DNA from: Nemertoderma westbladi
Lineage: Eukaryota; Animalia; Xenacoelomorpha
DNA length: 56,534 bases
Assembly (NCBI GenBank): GCA_032718475.1
Contig: JAUCBJ010008539.1
Location: 1-56,534 of the forward strand
Direction: 5' to 3'
Below the pieces are notes generated by a model. That model saw nothing but the letters and a program-made list of their open reading frames with translations, made no database searches and was not told the DNA's origin. Within the stretch, counting starts at the first letter, position 1. Each line of letters opens with the position of its first letter. Both the position numbers and the translations under genes were made by a program. Below, one piece after another: positions 1-11,400 of the stretch.

Positions 1-1647
1 ACATGCTCAAGCATACCATCCTTTGAGCTTATGCTCATCCGATCAGAGACTTGCTGAGGACTTTCAAAGTTAACTGTCAGAATTTTGGTCTTTCTGGAGT
101 TAATAAAAAGACCAACACTAGAAGCAGCATGTTCTAATGAGCTGAGGAGCCGTTGGGCTCCCTCTAATGATTCTGAGAGTACTCCTAAGTCATCAGCAAA
201 GTCTAGATCAGTTAGGTACTTGGCAGGATTTCCTCGACTTCTGGAGCCAGTAGGTGGAGTTATCATCACCCCATCATCATTATAATGATCTAAGGACATG
301 CGTAGAACATAGTCAACCACAATAATGAACAAAAATGGTGCAAGTGTGTCTCCTTGGAGGACGCCCCATAACACTTCAAATGGTTCTGTGTCACCGTCAA
401 CAGTAGACACAAATGTTGTCGAACCATCGTATACTGATCTGATTGCTGCAATAATTTCATCAGGAATCCCATATAATGAAAGTATGCTGAACATACGTGA
501 GCGAGAGACTGAATCAAAGGCCTTGAAGAAGTCAACAAAGATAACAGCCAGATGCCTGTCTTTCTTTTTTGATAACTCTTCAATTATCCTTCTAAGTGCC
601 AAAATGGGCTCCATGGTCCCACGACCTTTACGGAACCCATTCTGATTTCCACGGAGCAGTCTCTCAATGGGATCCCTGATGCGATTTAATAGAATCCTAT
701 TGTATAGCTTTGCAGCAATCGAGATCAATGAGATTCCCCGAAAAGAACCATAGAGTGTTAGGTTGCCCTTCTTGGGAACTGGCACCAACTTATTTGTTTT
801 CATTTCTTGTGGGACTCTTGTTGTTCGGTACATGTCTACTATGATGGGATAGATGAGCTTTAAACACTCAGGTATTTTAAAGACCTCAGGGGGAACACCA
901 TCTACTCCACTGGCACGATTGGTCTTAATGCTCTTTGCAGCAGCCTTCACTTCTGCAAAGGAGATATCGCCAATGGGAATATCTGGGAGTACAGACTCAG
1001 ACACTTTTACTTCTATAAAGTTATCAGGCAATACCCTGTCATTATTGAGGAGCTTTTCAAAGTGGGCTTTCCAACCATTGAGGCGATCGGCTGGTGATTC
1101 AGCCTTAACCTTGGTGGTTGGTTGGCTTTTCCGCCCAGTAAGCAGATTGATCGATTTCCATGCCTGGGATGATTGCCTGCTGTCGTCAGCATCATTGATG
1201 GCATCAACCTGTTGGTTTATTAGCTCCTGTAGATTAGCAGAGTACTGCCTGTTCAGGGACCTAGAGGCAGCCTTAACTGCATTCTTGGCCGCTGTAGTCT
1301 GTTTGAGTCGGGACTCTTTCTGCGCCTTATGTAGGTCATTTCGGCACTTCTGAATTTTGTTGTCAGTCCAGGGGGCCCTTTTCCTGTTTCGAGGGTATAC
1401 AGGAACTGTTTCCGCAGCTGCTAACTTAACTGCTTCTGTAAAGGCAGTATAGCCCTCACAGTGATCTGCCGCCTCAGAGGCAAGAGCCTCATACCTGTTG
1501 CTCAGCTGTAGTGTGAAGCTGGATCTCACACTTGGCTGTTGCAACAGAGAGGACCAGTCATGCCGCGGCAAGGCAGATTTCGTTGATCTGCTAGCACGCA
1601 GACTAAGTCTTACCTTGGCCACAATAAGGCGGTGATCACTGGAGAAG
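1..1647 (-). pseudogene. LINE linker + reverse transcriptase domain (continuation after frameshift, open to window edge)
   Basis: Manual translation gives RT motifs QNGFR, DFFKAFDS, GVLQGDTLAP and FADD. It is not in the ORF track because no stop lies inside the window. Confidence 0.88.
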
Positions 1648-2328
1648 GGTCGAAGCGTAAATGTATATGTACATGTAAATGTCTTGTATAGAGCTCCTGT
1701 ATTTCCTACGAAACAGAATATGGTCTATCTGGGACTTGTGACCACTGGGTCCACTATGAGTCCATAGCTTTCCAGTTCGCTTCTTGAACTGGGTTCCAGC
1801 CGAAAACAATCCATTTCCAGAGATAAAATCCTGAAGATGGACAGAATTTCGGTTAACATTATTGCTATAGACCCAGGGCGATGTAGGTGATTGATGCAGA
1901 CTTGCATTAAAGTCTCCCAGGAATGTTAAGAATGCATGCTGATCCACTCCATCAGTAGCTGCTTGTAGATTGTGGTAGAAATTTTCCACCTCCTCTACAG
2001 GGGCAACACTAGTTGGAGAGTAGCACACAATCAGAACCACCTTAGGAAACTTTTTAGCCAGTCTTCCAGAACATGAGAAGTGGCAACGGATGATGCGGTT
2101 AGAGATTTGGTCTATTTTGTCCAATGCTGCATGTGCAGTTGGATTCATCAATAGACCAATTCCACCATTGCCACTATCATCTGCTGACGCGAGGGCGAGT
2201 CGCCAACCGCCCCCCATGTCCTTAATCAGAACCTCATCAGTCTGTCCAGTCTGCATTCGGTGCTCTTGAACACCCACTGCGCTAAGAGAAAGCTTATCTG
2301 CCAAGGCAGTCAGCTCACCTTGTCGCAT
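1636..2328 (-). pseudogene. LINE APE-like endonuclease domain (disrupted ORF2, N-terminal part)
   Basis: The ORF-track protein has the QE, YSP, GDFN and IDH motifs. The final SDH motif lies in a different frame (about 1630-1647). Confidence 0.88.
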
Positions 2329-2416
2329 TGGGGACCACCAGCGGTAGCATAGTGTATAGATGATAGAAAAAATATAAAGTATTGAGGGTCTTTAGCTGGT
2401 TATATTAAATAAAGAT

Positions 2417-2460
2417 ACAATAGTAAACGTTTCGACCTACCTGTCTGCAGCAGACTATGT
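2417..2460 (-). ncRNA. Degenerate minimal type I hammerhead-ribozyme-like motif, as found in Penelope-like elements
   Basis: Minus strand reads acATAGT-CTGCTGCA-GAC aggtag GTC-GAAAC-GTTT-ACTATtgt. Stem I is ATAGT/ACTAT, stem II is GAC/GTC, and GAAAC is intact. The core CTGCTGCA has two mismatches to CTGATGA(A). Confidence 0.45.
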
Positions 2461-2789
2461 ACTGGCAACTAACAGGAAAAAGGTGGGGTCTATATATATA
2501 TATATAAGTTTTAAAGGGGAATACCTGATAGGTGAATCCCAGAAAGGTTAACGTGTATATACTGTATAATGTAAGGTAATTTGATGAAAATACATGTACA
2601 TTGTTAAATACATTGTTGAAAATACACCGAGTTAATTGTAAGCTGTCAATCTAAAGTACAAATATAGGGTTGAAGGTTGGGTTATAAGGTTGGGAGAAGC
2701 TGATAGGGAAATCCTAGGAGTGGTCATGTGTGTACATTCTGAATAGTATAATTGGATTAGGTAGGTTACATCGGATTATAAGGGCTCTA

Positions 2790-2902
2790 CCATGGAATAC
2801 TAAATATACATTTATATATGTATATATAAATATATATATATGTATAAATGTATAAAATAAATGTATATATATAAATATATATGTATATTTAGTATTCCAT
2901 GG
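2790..2902. mobile_element. Small MITE-like/hairpin element: perfect 22-bp inverted repeats around an AT microsatellite
   Basis: CCATGGAATACTAAATATACAT (2790-2811) and its exact reverse complement (2881-2902) flank (TA)-rich sequence. Confidence 0.65.
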
Positions 2903-3281
2903 GTCTACTTAAAAGCGCATAGTTAGGTAGAAAACCACATAGTGATAACTGGCTACATATTGATTAGGGTGATGGGTTGCCGGGGAATTTTTACAGATAC
3001 CTGCCTAAAAGTCTGCCTAATTTACACAAACATAGTACAGTAGTATTAGGTATCTAAATGTTGATATCAATGGCCGCGATTCCAAGGCGTACAGTGACAT
3101 CACAACCAATCATAGATCATTTTCAAATGTTGAATAATTTTTAAACTGAAAACACCAATATCTTGGCTATTTTAGCATCTTATTAAATTCTGTAAACGCC
3201 ATTGTGTTTCTGTGACATTATTCTATCTAATTAATCTGGTTTTAAATTTGAGTCGTTAACCCCATTGTTATGTTCAAGCGA

Positions 3282-3397
3282 GATATCTGGGACAAATAGA
3301 CCGGGATGAAAAGTTCAGGATGAAAATACTGGGACAAAAAAAAACTTGGATGAAAAGTCCGGGACAAATAGTCTGGGACAAGTTGTGCCCAGATACC
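3282..3397. repeat. Array of about 14-bp degenerate repeats (GGGACAAATA/GGATGAAAAG) with short inverted ends, possible MITE/foldback relic
   Basis: About 7 copies of GG(G)A(C/T)(A/G)AA. The ends share the inverted core TATCTGGG / CCCAGATA. Confidence 0.45.
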
Positions 3398-3687
3398 ATT
3401 TGAGACCATATATGCCCAGCCTCAGTGTATTGGAAATAAGAATCTTTTGAGACAAACATTATTGAATATTATTCAACGATGGCCCGGAAAATAATACCTT
3501 TTATTTTTTCAAATATTAAGTCAACAAATTAATTAAATCAACTTTGACTTCCTCATGAAACTGTTCTATAACTGACAATACATAATTTCATTATAGCATT
3601 TCAATTAATATGTGAAGCTTCACTATTTCATAAAAATTCGTAATAACTAGGCCTAGCCACTATATTAAAGATTAGAATGAAGTCAAT

Positions 3688-5261
3688 TACTACTACTACT
3701 AGGTCGAGCGAACTCGGACAGTGGAAATGAGATCCTTCCAGGCTTCCCGATTCTCCATAGTTGTCGCAATTTCGTTTCTCCCAAGTTCAGTATCCCTTTC
3801 AAGTTGATCTATATATGTTATGGCAGGTCGTCCACGACTACGCTTTCCATGAGTTGGTTGCCAGAGAAGTAGATCTGGTATGACCTCGTCTTTACTTCGC
3901 CAGCAGTGCCCACTGAATCTTAATCTGCGTTCACGGAGGGTGGTTGATACAGGTGGTATTGTACCATAAAGCTCGGCGTTTGTCATGTGTTGTCTCCAGC
4001 TGATGTTTAGGGCTGCCCTTAGTAGTCTTGTGTAGCAACCATCAATTCGTTGTTCAAGTGATTTAGTCAGTGTCCAGGTCTCACCCCCGTATAAAAATAC
4101 ACTTTCCACTGTGGCTCGAAAGAACTTGGTCTTCAGGTGCCTGGAGAGATCTGATTTCCAGATGGTATCCATTTTTGATAGAGCTACCCAAGCCTTTGCT
4201 TTCCTAACTTCTATGTCCTTTCTGCTACTCTCTATCCATGATCCAAGGTACTGGAAGTCATCGACCTGCCTTAGTTGATTATTATCAATGGTTGTCAAGT
4301 TTCCATCAACATTAAAGGTCATGAATTCGGTCTTGGTAGCATTTATATGCAATCCAACCTCCTTAGCAGCCCTCTCCACTTTATTTAGTAGAAGCTGTGC
4401 ATCTGCTAGCGTATTAGAGAGCAGGGCGATGTCATCCGCAAAGTCGGTGTCTGTGACTGTAGTTGCCGGATATCTACTACTTCTGCGTTCTTGAAGTGTG
4501 AATCCCAGATCTTCACCCTTTGTGGCCGTCCTCATTGCGTAATCCAGCACAATTACAAATAGTAATGGTGCTAATGTGTCACCTTGCAGTACGCCAGCCA
4601 GGATTGAGAAAAACTCAGTTTCACCATCTGGTGAGAGTACCTGCGCTTCTGTGTCACAATATAACAATCCAATGCCAGCAACAATTACTTCTGGTATTCC
4701 ATAAGCTCTTAGGATTTCAAGCATTTTACCTCTATGGATGGAGTCGAATGCCTTCTTGAAGTCCACAAAAGTCATGACTGCGGTGAGATTCTTTGACTTG
4801 ATTCCTTCAATCAGTCTCCGTAGTGCAAGTATCTGAGCTATTGTTGATCTACTTGGTCGAAATCCGTTTTGGCTCTTACGCAGTAGTTTCTCTATGTGAG
4901 GCCTTATCCTATATAGAATCATTTTATTGTATATTTTGGCAGCTACCACAAGCAGACAGATCCCACGATAGTTTGTTGGTATGCCGAGGTCTCCTTTCTT
5001 GGGGAGAGGCTTTAGTTGACCTTTAGTCCAAATTGGTGGTGGCTTTTCCCCTTTTAACATCCGGTTGCAAACATTCAATAATGGTCTATTTAGCACTCCG
5101 GTTTTCCATACCTCCGCTGGGATTTCATCTAATCCACTCGCTTTATTATTGGACATGCTTTTAATGCTTCTTTGGAGTTCGGCAGGTGTGAAATCCCCTG
5201 TTTCTATAGGTAGTGTCTTGTCATATATTTTCCTTGTAGGGCTGACCTCGATGTTTGGTAT
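3688..5261 (-). mobile_element. 5'-truncated RTE-clade LINE with (TAG)n tail
   Basis: RT ORF 3699-5156 stays in frame upstream to about 5261 (IPNIEVSPTRKIYDKTLPIETGDFT...). The stop codon is the first unit of a TAG TAG TAG TAG TAA tail. There is no endonuclease domain. Confidence 0.93.
3699..5156 (-). CDS. Reverse transcriptase (RTE-clade LINE ORF2, C-terminal 485 aa, uninterrupted)
   Basis: Motifs PKKGDL, NYRGI, QNGFR, DFKKAFDS, GVLQGDTLAP, DFADD, YLGS, and the RTE-type C-terminus RRLRFSGHCWR...RGRP...W. Confidence 0.9.
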   Translation of the reverse strand: MSNNKASGLDEIPAEVWKTGVLNRPLLNVCNRMLKGEKPPPIWTKGQLKPLPKKGDLGIPTNYRGICLLVVAAKIYNKMILYRIRPHIEKLLRKSQNGFRPSRSTIAQILALRRLIEGIKSKNLTAVMTFVDFKKAFDSIHRGKMLEILRAYGIPEVIVAGIGLLYCDTEAQVLSPDGETEFFSILAGVLQGDTLAPLLFVIVLDYAMRTATKGEDLGFTLQERRSSRYPATTVTDTDFADDIALLSNTLADAQLLLNKVERAAKEVGLHINATKTEFMTFNVDGNLTTIDNNQLRQVDDFQYLGSWIESSRKDIEVRKAKAWVALSKMDTIWKSDLSRHLKTKFFRATVESVFLYGGETWTLTKSLEQRIDGCYTRLLRAALNISWRQHMTNAELYGTIPPVSTTLRERRLRFSGHCWRSKDEVIPDLLLWQPTHGKRSRGRPAITYIDQLERDTELGRNEIATTMENREAWKDLISTVRVRST

Positions 5262-5368
5262 ATATTAAATTAATTAAAGGAAGAACAGGAGTCTTACACC
5301 CCCAATAAAAAATATAGAATCAGGGACATTTAGCCCATAATATTTCTCGACCCCTAGGGTCATCGAAA

Positions 5369-5418
5369 GAACAACAAACACACAAACACAACACAAACAC
5401 AACACAAACACAAACAAA
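5369..5418 (+). repeat. (ACAA/ACAC)n microsatellite immediately upstream of the satellite
   Basis: acaacaaacacacaaacacaacacaaacacaacacaaacacaaacaaa. Confidence 0.85.
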
Positions 5419-5435
5419 TATAAATACATGCTAAA

Positions 5436-8400
5436 CCGACGCCTCCCAGCCCAGTCAACCAATCACATTCCGACGCCTCCCAGTCAACCAATCACATTCC
5501 GACGCCTCCCTGCCCAGTCAACCAATCACATTCCGACGCCTCCCAGCCCAGTCAACCAATCACATTCCGACGCCTCCCAGTCAACCGATCACATTCCGAC
5601 GCCTTCCAGCCCAGTCAACCGATCACATTCCGACGCCTCCCAGCCCAGTCAACCAATCACATTCCGATGCCTCCCAGCCCAGTCAACCAATCACATTCCG
5701 ATGCCTCCCAGTCAATCGATCACATTCCGACGCCTTCCAGCCCAGTCAACCGATCACATTCCGACGCCTCCCAGCCCAGTCAACCAATCACATTCCGACG
5801 CCTCCCAGCCCAGTCAACCAATCACATTCCGACGCCTCCCAGCCCAGTCAACCAATCACATTCCGATGCCTCCCAGTCAACCAATCACATTCCGACGCCT
5901 CCCAGCCCAGTCAACCAATCACATTCCGACGCCTCCCAGCCCAGTCAACCAATCACATTCCGACGCCTCCCAGCCCAGTCAACCAATCACATTCCGACGC
6001 CTCCCAGCCCAGTCAACCAATCACATTCCGACGCCTCCCAGCCCAGTCAACCAATCACATTCCGACGCCTCCCAGCTCAACCAATCACATTCCGACGCCT
6101 CCCAGCCCAGTCAACCAATCACATTCCGACGCCTCCCAGCCCAGTCAACCAATCACATTCCGACGCCTCCCAGCCCAGTCAACCAATCACATTCCGACGC
6201 CTCCCAGCCCAGTCAACCAATCACATTCCGACGCCTCCCAGCCCAGTCAACCAATCACATTCCGACGCCTCCCAGCCCAGTCAACCAATCACATTCCGAC
6301 GCCTCCCAGCCAACCAATCACATTCCGACGCCTCCCAGCCCAGTCAACCAATCACATTCCGACGCCTCCCAGCCTCAACCAATCACATTCCGACGCCTCC
6401 CAGTCAACCAATCACATTCCGACGCCTCCCAGCCCAGTCAACCAATCACATTCCGACGCCTCCCAGCCCAGTCAACCAATCACATTCCGACGCCTCCCAG
6501 CCCAGTCAACCAATCACATTCCGACGCCTCCCAGCCCAGTCAACCAATCACATTCCGACGCCTCCAGCCCAGTCAACCAATCACATTCCGACGCCTCCCA
6601 GCCCAGTCAACCAATCACATTCCGACGCCTCCCAGCCCAGTCAACCAATCACATTCCGACGCCTCCCAGCCCAGTCAACCAATCACATTCCGACGCCTCC
6701 CAGCCCAGTCAACCAATCACATTCCGACGCCTCCCAGTCAACCAATCACATTCCGACGCCTCCCAGCCCAGTCAACCAATCACATTCCGACGCCTCCCAG
6801 CCCAGTCAACCAATCACATTCCGACGCCTCCCAGCCCAGTCAACCAATCACATTCCGACGCCTCCCAGCCCAGTCAACCAATCACATTCCGACGCCTCCC
6901 AGCCCAGTCAACCAATCACATTCCGACGCCTCCCAGCCCAGTCAACCAATCACATTCCGACGCCTCCCAGCCCAGTCAACCAATCACATTCCGACGCCTC
7001 CCAGCCCAGTCAACCAATCACATTCCGACGCCTCCCAGCCCAGTCAACCAATCACATTCCGACGCCTCCCAGCCCAGTCAACCAATCACATTCCGACGCC
7101 TCCAGCCCAGTCAACCAATCACATTCCGACGCCTCCCAGCCCAGTCAACCAATCACATTCCGACGCCTCCCAGCCCAGTCAACCAATCACATTCCGACGC
7201 CTCCCAGCCCAGTCAACCAATCACATTCCGACGCCTCCCAGCCCAGTCAACCAATCACATTCCGACGCCTCCCAGCCCAGTCAACCAATCACATTCCGAC
7301 GCCTCCCAGCCCAGTCAACCAATCACATTCCGACGCCTCCCAGTCAACCAATCACATTCCGACGCCACCCAGCCCAGTCAACCAATCACATTCCGACGCC
7401 TCCCAGCCAACCAATCACATTCCGACGCCTCCCAGCCCAGTCAACCAATCACATTCCGACGCCTCCCAGCCCAGTCAACCAATCACATTCCGGCGCCTCC
7501 CAGCCCAGTCAACCAATCACATTCTGACGCCTCCCAGTCAACCAATTACATTCCGACGCCTCCCAGTCAACCAATCACATTCTGACGCCTCCCTGTCAAC
7601 CAATCACATTCCGACGCCTCCCAGCCCAGTCAACCAATCACATTCCGACGCCTCCCTGTCAACCAATCATATTCCGACGCCTCCCTGTCAACCAATCACA
7701 TTCTGATGCCTCCCAGCCCAGTCAACCAATCACATTCCGACGCCTCCAGCCCAGTCAACCAATCACATTCCGACGCCTCCCAGCCCAGTCAACCAATCAC
7801 ATTCCGACGCCTCCCAGCCCAGTCAACCAATCACATTCCGACGCCTCCCAGTCAACCAATCACATTCCGACGCCTCCCAGCCCAGTCAACCAATCACATT
7901 CCGACGCCTCCCAGCCCAGTCAACCAATCACATTCCGACGCCTCCCAGCCCAGTCAACCAATCACATTCCGACGCCTCCCAGCCCAGTCAACCAATCACA
8001 TTCCGACGCCTCCCAGCCCAGTCAACCAATCACATTCCGACGCCTCCCAGCCCAGTCAACCAATCACATTCTGACGCCTCCCAGCCCAGTCAACCAATCA
8101 CATTCCGACGCCTCCCAGCCCAGTCAACCAATCACATTCCGACGCCTCCCAGCCCAGTCAACCAATCACATTCCGACGCCTCCCAGCCCAGTCAACCAAT
8201 CACATTCCGACGCCTCCCAGTCAACCAATCACATTCCGACGCCTCCCAGCCCAGTCAACCAATCACATTCCGACGCCTCCCAGCCCAGTCAACCAATCAC
8301 ATTCCGACGCCTCCCAGTCAACCAATCACATTCCGACGCCTCCCAGCCCAGTCAACCAATCACATTCCGACGCCTCCCAGCCCAGTCAACCAATCACATT

Positions 8401-11400
8401 CCAACGCCTCCCAGTCAACCAATCACATTCCGACGCCACCCAGCCCAGTCAACCAATCACATTCCGACGCCTCCCAGCCCAGTCAACCAATCACATTCCG
8501 ACGCCTCCCAGCCCAGTCAACCAATCACATTCCGACGCCTCCCAGTCAATCAATCACATTCCGACGCCTTCCAGCCCAGTCAACCAATCACATTCCGACG
8601 CCTCCCAGCCCAGTCAACCAATCACATTCCGATGCCTCCCAGTCAATCGATCACATTCCGACGCCTTCCAACCCAGTCAACCAATCACATTCCGACGCCT
8701 CCCAGCCCAGTCAACCAATCACATTCCGACGCCTCCCAGCCCAGTCAACCAATCACATTCCGACGCCTCCCAGCCAACCAATCACATTCCGACGCCTCCC
8801 AGCCCAGTCAACCAATCACATTCCGACGCCTCCCAGCCCAGTCAACCAATTACATTCTGACGCCTCCCAGCCCAGTCAACCAATCACATTCCGACGCCTC
8901 CCAGCCCAGTCAACCAATCACATTCCGACGCCACCCAGCCCAGTCAACCAATCACATTCCGACGCCTCCCAGTCAACCAATCACATTCCGACGCCTCCCA
9001 GCCCAGTCAACCAATCACATTCCGACGCCTCCCTGCCCAGTCAACCAATCACATTCCGACGCCTCCCAGCCCAGTCAACCAATCACATTCCGACGCCTCC
9101 CAGCCCAGTCAACCAATCACATTCCGACGCCTCCCAGCCAACCAATCACATTCCGACGCCTCCCGCCCAGTCAACCAATCACATTCCGACGCCTCCCAGC
9201 CCAGTCAACCAATCACATTCCGACGCCTCCCAGTCAACCAATCACATTCCGACGCCTCCCAGCCCAGTCAACCAATCACATTCCGACGCCTCCCAGCCCA
9301 GTCAACCAATCACATTCCGACGCCTCCCAGCCCAGTCAACCAATCACATTCCGACGCCTCCCAGCCCAGTCAACCAATCACATTCCGACGCCTCCCAGCC
9401 CAGTCAACCAATCACATTCCGACGCCTCCCAGCCCAGTCAACCAATCACATTCCGACGCCTCCCAGCCAACCAATCACATTCCGACGCCTCCCAGCCCAG
9501 TCAACCAATCACATTCCGACGCCTCCCAGCCCAGTCAACCAATCACATTCCGACGCCTCCCGCCAGTCAACCAATCACATTCCGACGCCTCCCAGCCCAG
9601 TCAACCAATCACATTCCGACGCCTCCCAGCCCAGTCAACCAATCACATTCCGACGCCTCCCAGCCCGTCAACCAATCACATTCCGACGCCTCCCAGCCCA
9701 GTCAACCAATCACATTCCGACGCCTCCCAGCCCAGTCAACCAATCACATTCCGACGCCTCCCAGCCCAGTCAACCAATCACATTCCGACGCCTCCCAGCC
9801 CAGTCAACCAATCACATTCCGACGCCTCCCAGCCCAGTCAACCAATCACATTCCGACGCCTCCCAGCCCAGTCAACCAATCACATTCCGACGCCTCCCAG
9901 TCAACCAATCACATTCCGACGCCTCCCAGCCCTCAACCAATCACATTCCGACGCCTCCCAGCCCAGTCAACCAATCACATTCCGACGCCTCCCAGCCCAG
10001 TCAACCAATCACATTCCGACGCCTCCCAGCCCAGTCAACCAATCACATTCCGACGCCTCCCAGCCCAGTCAACCAATCACATTCCGACGCCTCCCAGCCC
10101 AGTCAACCAATCACATTCCGACGCCTCCCAGCCCAGTCAACCAATCACATTCCGATGCCTCCCAGCCCAGTCAACCAATCACATTCCGACGCCTCCCAGC
10201 CCAGTCAACCAATCACATTCCGACGCCTCCCAGCCCAGTCAACCAATCACATTCCGACGCCTCCCAGTCAACCAATCACATTCCGACGCCTCCCAGCCCA
10301 GTCAACCAATCACATTCCGACGCCTCCCAGTCAACCAATCACATTCCGACGCCTCCCAGCCCAGTCAACCAATCACATTCCGACGCCTCCCAGCCCAGTC
10401 AACCAATCACATTCCGACGCCTCCCAGCCCAGTCAACCAATCACATTCCGACGCCTCCCAGTCAACCAATCACATTCCGACGCCTCCCAGTCAACCAATC
10501 ACATTCCGACGCCTTCCAGCCCAGTCAACCAATCACATTCCGACGCCTCCCAGCCCAGTCAACCAATCACATTCCGACGCCTCCCAGTCAACCAATCACA
10601 TTCTGACGCCTCCCAGCCCAGTCAACCAATCACATTCCGACGCCTCCCAGCCCAGTCAACCAATCACATTCCGATGCCTCCCAGCCCAGTCAACCAATCA
10701 CATTCCGACGCCTCCCAGCCCAGTCAACCAATCACATTCCGACGCCTCCCAGCCCAGTCAACCAATCACATTCCGACGCCTCCCAGCCCAGTCAACCAAT
10801 CACATTCCGACGCCTCCCAGCCCAGTCAACCAATCACATTCCGACGCCTCCCAGCCCAGTCAACCAATCACATTCCGACGCCTCCCAGCCCAGTCAACCA
10901 ATCACATTCCGACGCCTCCCAGCCCAGTCAACCAATCACATTCCGACGCCTCCCAGCCCAGTCAACCAATCACATTCCGACGCCTCCCAGCCCAGTCAAC
11001 CAATCACATTCCGACGCCTCCCAGCCCAGTCAACCAATCACATTCCGACGCCTCCCAGCCCAGTCAACCAATCACATTCCGACGCCTCCCAGCCCAGTCA
11101 ACCAATCACATTCCGACGCCTCCCAGCCCAGTCAACCAATCACATTCCGACGCCTCCCAGCCCAGTCAACCAATCACATTCCGACGCCTCCCAGCCCAGT
11201 CAACCAATCACATTCCGACGCCTCCCAGCCCAGTCAACCAATCACATTCCGACGCCTCCCTGCCCAGTCACCCAATCACATTCCGACGCCTCCCAGCCCA
11301 GTCAACCAATCACATTCCGACGCCTCCCAGCCCAGTCAACCAATCACATTCCGACGCCTCCCAGCTCAACCAATCACATTCCGACGCCTCCCTGCCCAGT

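Larger units (their letters stand above)
1..2330 (-). mobile_element. RTE-clade non-LTR retrotransposon (APE endonuclease + RT), frameshifted, 3' part outside the window
   Basis: ORF 1636-2328 has APE endonuclease motifs (GVQEHR, YSPT, LGDFNA, QIDHIL). After a frameshift near 1650, my manual translation continues open as SSDHRLIVAKVRL...PKKGNL...FRGISL...NQNGFRKGR...FVDFFKAFDS...GVLQGDTLAPFLF...DFADD to the window edge. The endonuclease N-terminus (TxNVR motif) is missing above about 2330. Confidence 0.93.

Noticed and set aside
85-1353. Plus-strand ORFs over the first LINE, and similar short ORFs over the second LINE and the copia
   Set aside because: They are antisense shadows of retroelement coding sequence.
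3676-5275. Target-site duplication for the second LINE
   Set aside because: Only a weak AT-rich similarity (AAGTCAATTA versus AAATTAATTA), which is not convincing.
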